Shown here piece after piece: positions 63,913 through 64,000 of a stretch of DNA of 64,000 bases. Source of the DNA: a virus. Taxonomy: Duplodnaviria > Caudoviricetes. Below the pieces are notes generated by a model. It was given only the letters and a program-made list of their open reading frames with translations, was not told the origin of the DNA and did no database searches. Where the stretch lies: IMG/VR virus record IMGVR_UViG_3300042015_000154, positions 40 through 64,039 of that record. One strand, given 5' to 3'. Each line of letters starts with the position of its first letter. Position 1 is the stretch's first letter. Both the position numbers and the translations under genes were made by a program.

Positions 63913-64000
63913 GGAACCTCTCACAATGCGTAATCAGATCCTCACCGCGCTGGCTTTGCTGGCGCTCTCCACGGTCGCCAACGCGGGCAACGACAACGGC
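63913..64000. repeat. Right copy of the 88-bp terminal overlap
   Basis: Identical to 1-88. Confidence 0.95.

Noticed and set aside
63913-64000. 88-bp repeat as a biological terminal repeat
   Set aside because: It cuts through the start of a gene and is truncated by the window edge; more likely assembly or window wrap-around of a circular contig
1-64000. Integrase, CI/Cro switch, tRNA or rRNA genes
   Set aside because: No recombinase motifs, repressor pair or cloverleaf recognised by eye; a tRNAscan/HMM run is needed to exclude them fully

Overview
The window is one apparently complete, high-GC dsDNA tailed-phage genome of about 63,912 bp; bases 63913-64000 exactly repeat bases 1-88, so it closes into a circle. 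The layout is podovirus-like. (i) A + strand replication module (1-14.9 kb): family A DNA polymerase, Cas4-like exonuclease, VRR-NUC nuclease, SNF2-type helicase, probable SSB and a primase-helicase. (ii) A - strand morphogenesis and lysis module (15.0-47.5 kb): a 2541-aa internal virion protein, other ejection proteins, tail and fibre proteins, capsid, scaffold, portal, spanins, holins and a GH19 endolysin, with the terminase pair inverted onto the + strand. (iii) A + strand early/accessory region (47.8-63.9 kb). I recognised no integrase, tRNA or CRISPR array. The two most striking unexplained features are in the early region. The first is an array of about 11 highly diverged small proteins sharing an N-terminal D-x-[IL]-T-x-x-A motif and two Cys/His metal-binding pairs, lying just upstream of a MoxR-type AAA+ / metallopeptidase-vWA / DUF3150-like module. 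The second is an AT-rich palindrome (TTAAAACGTTTTAA), found 11 times at gene boundaries and three times coupled to a near-identical sigma70-type promoter. Family assignments come from motifs recognised by eye, not from database searches.
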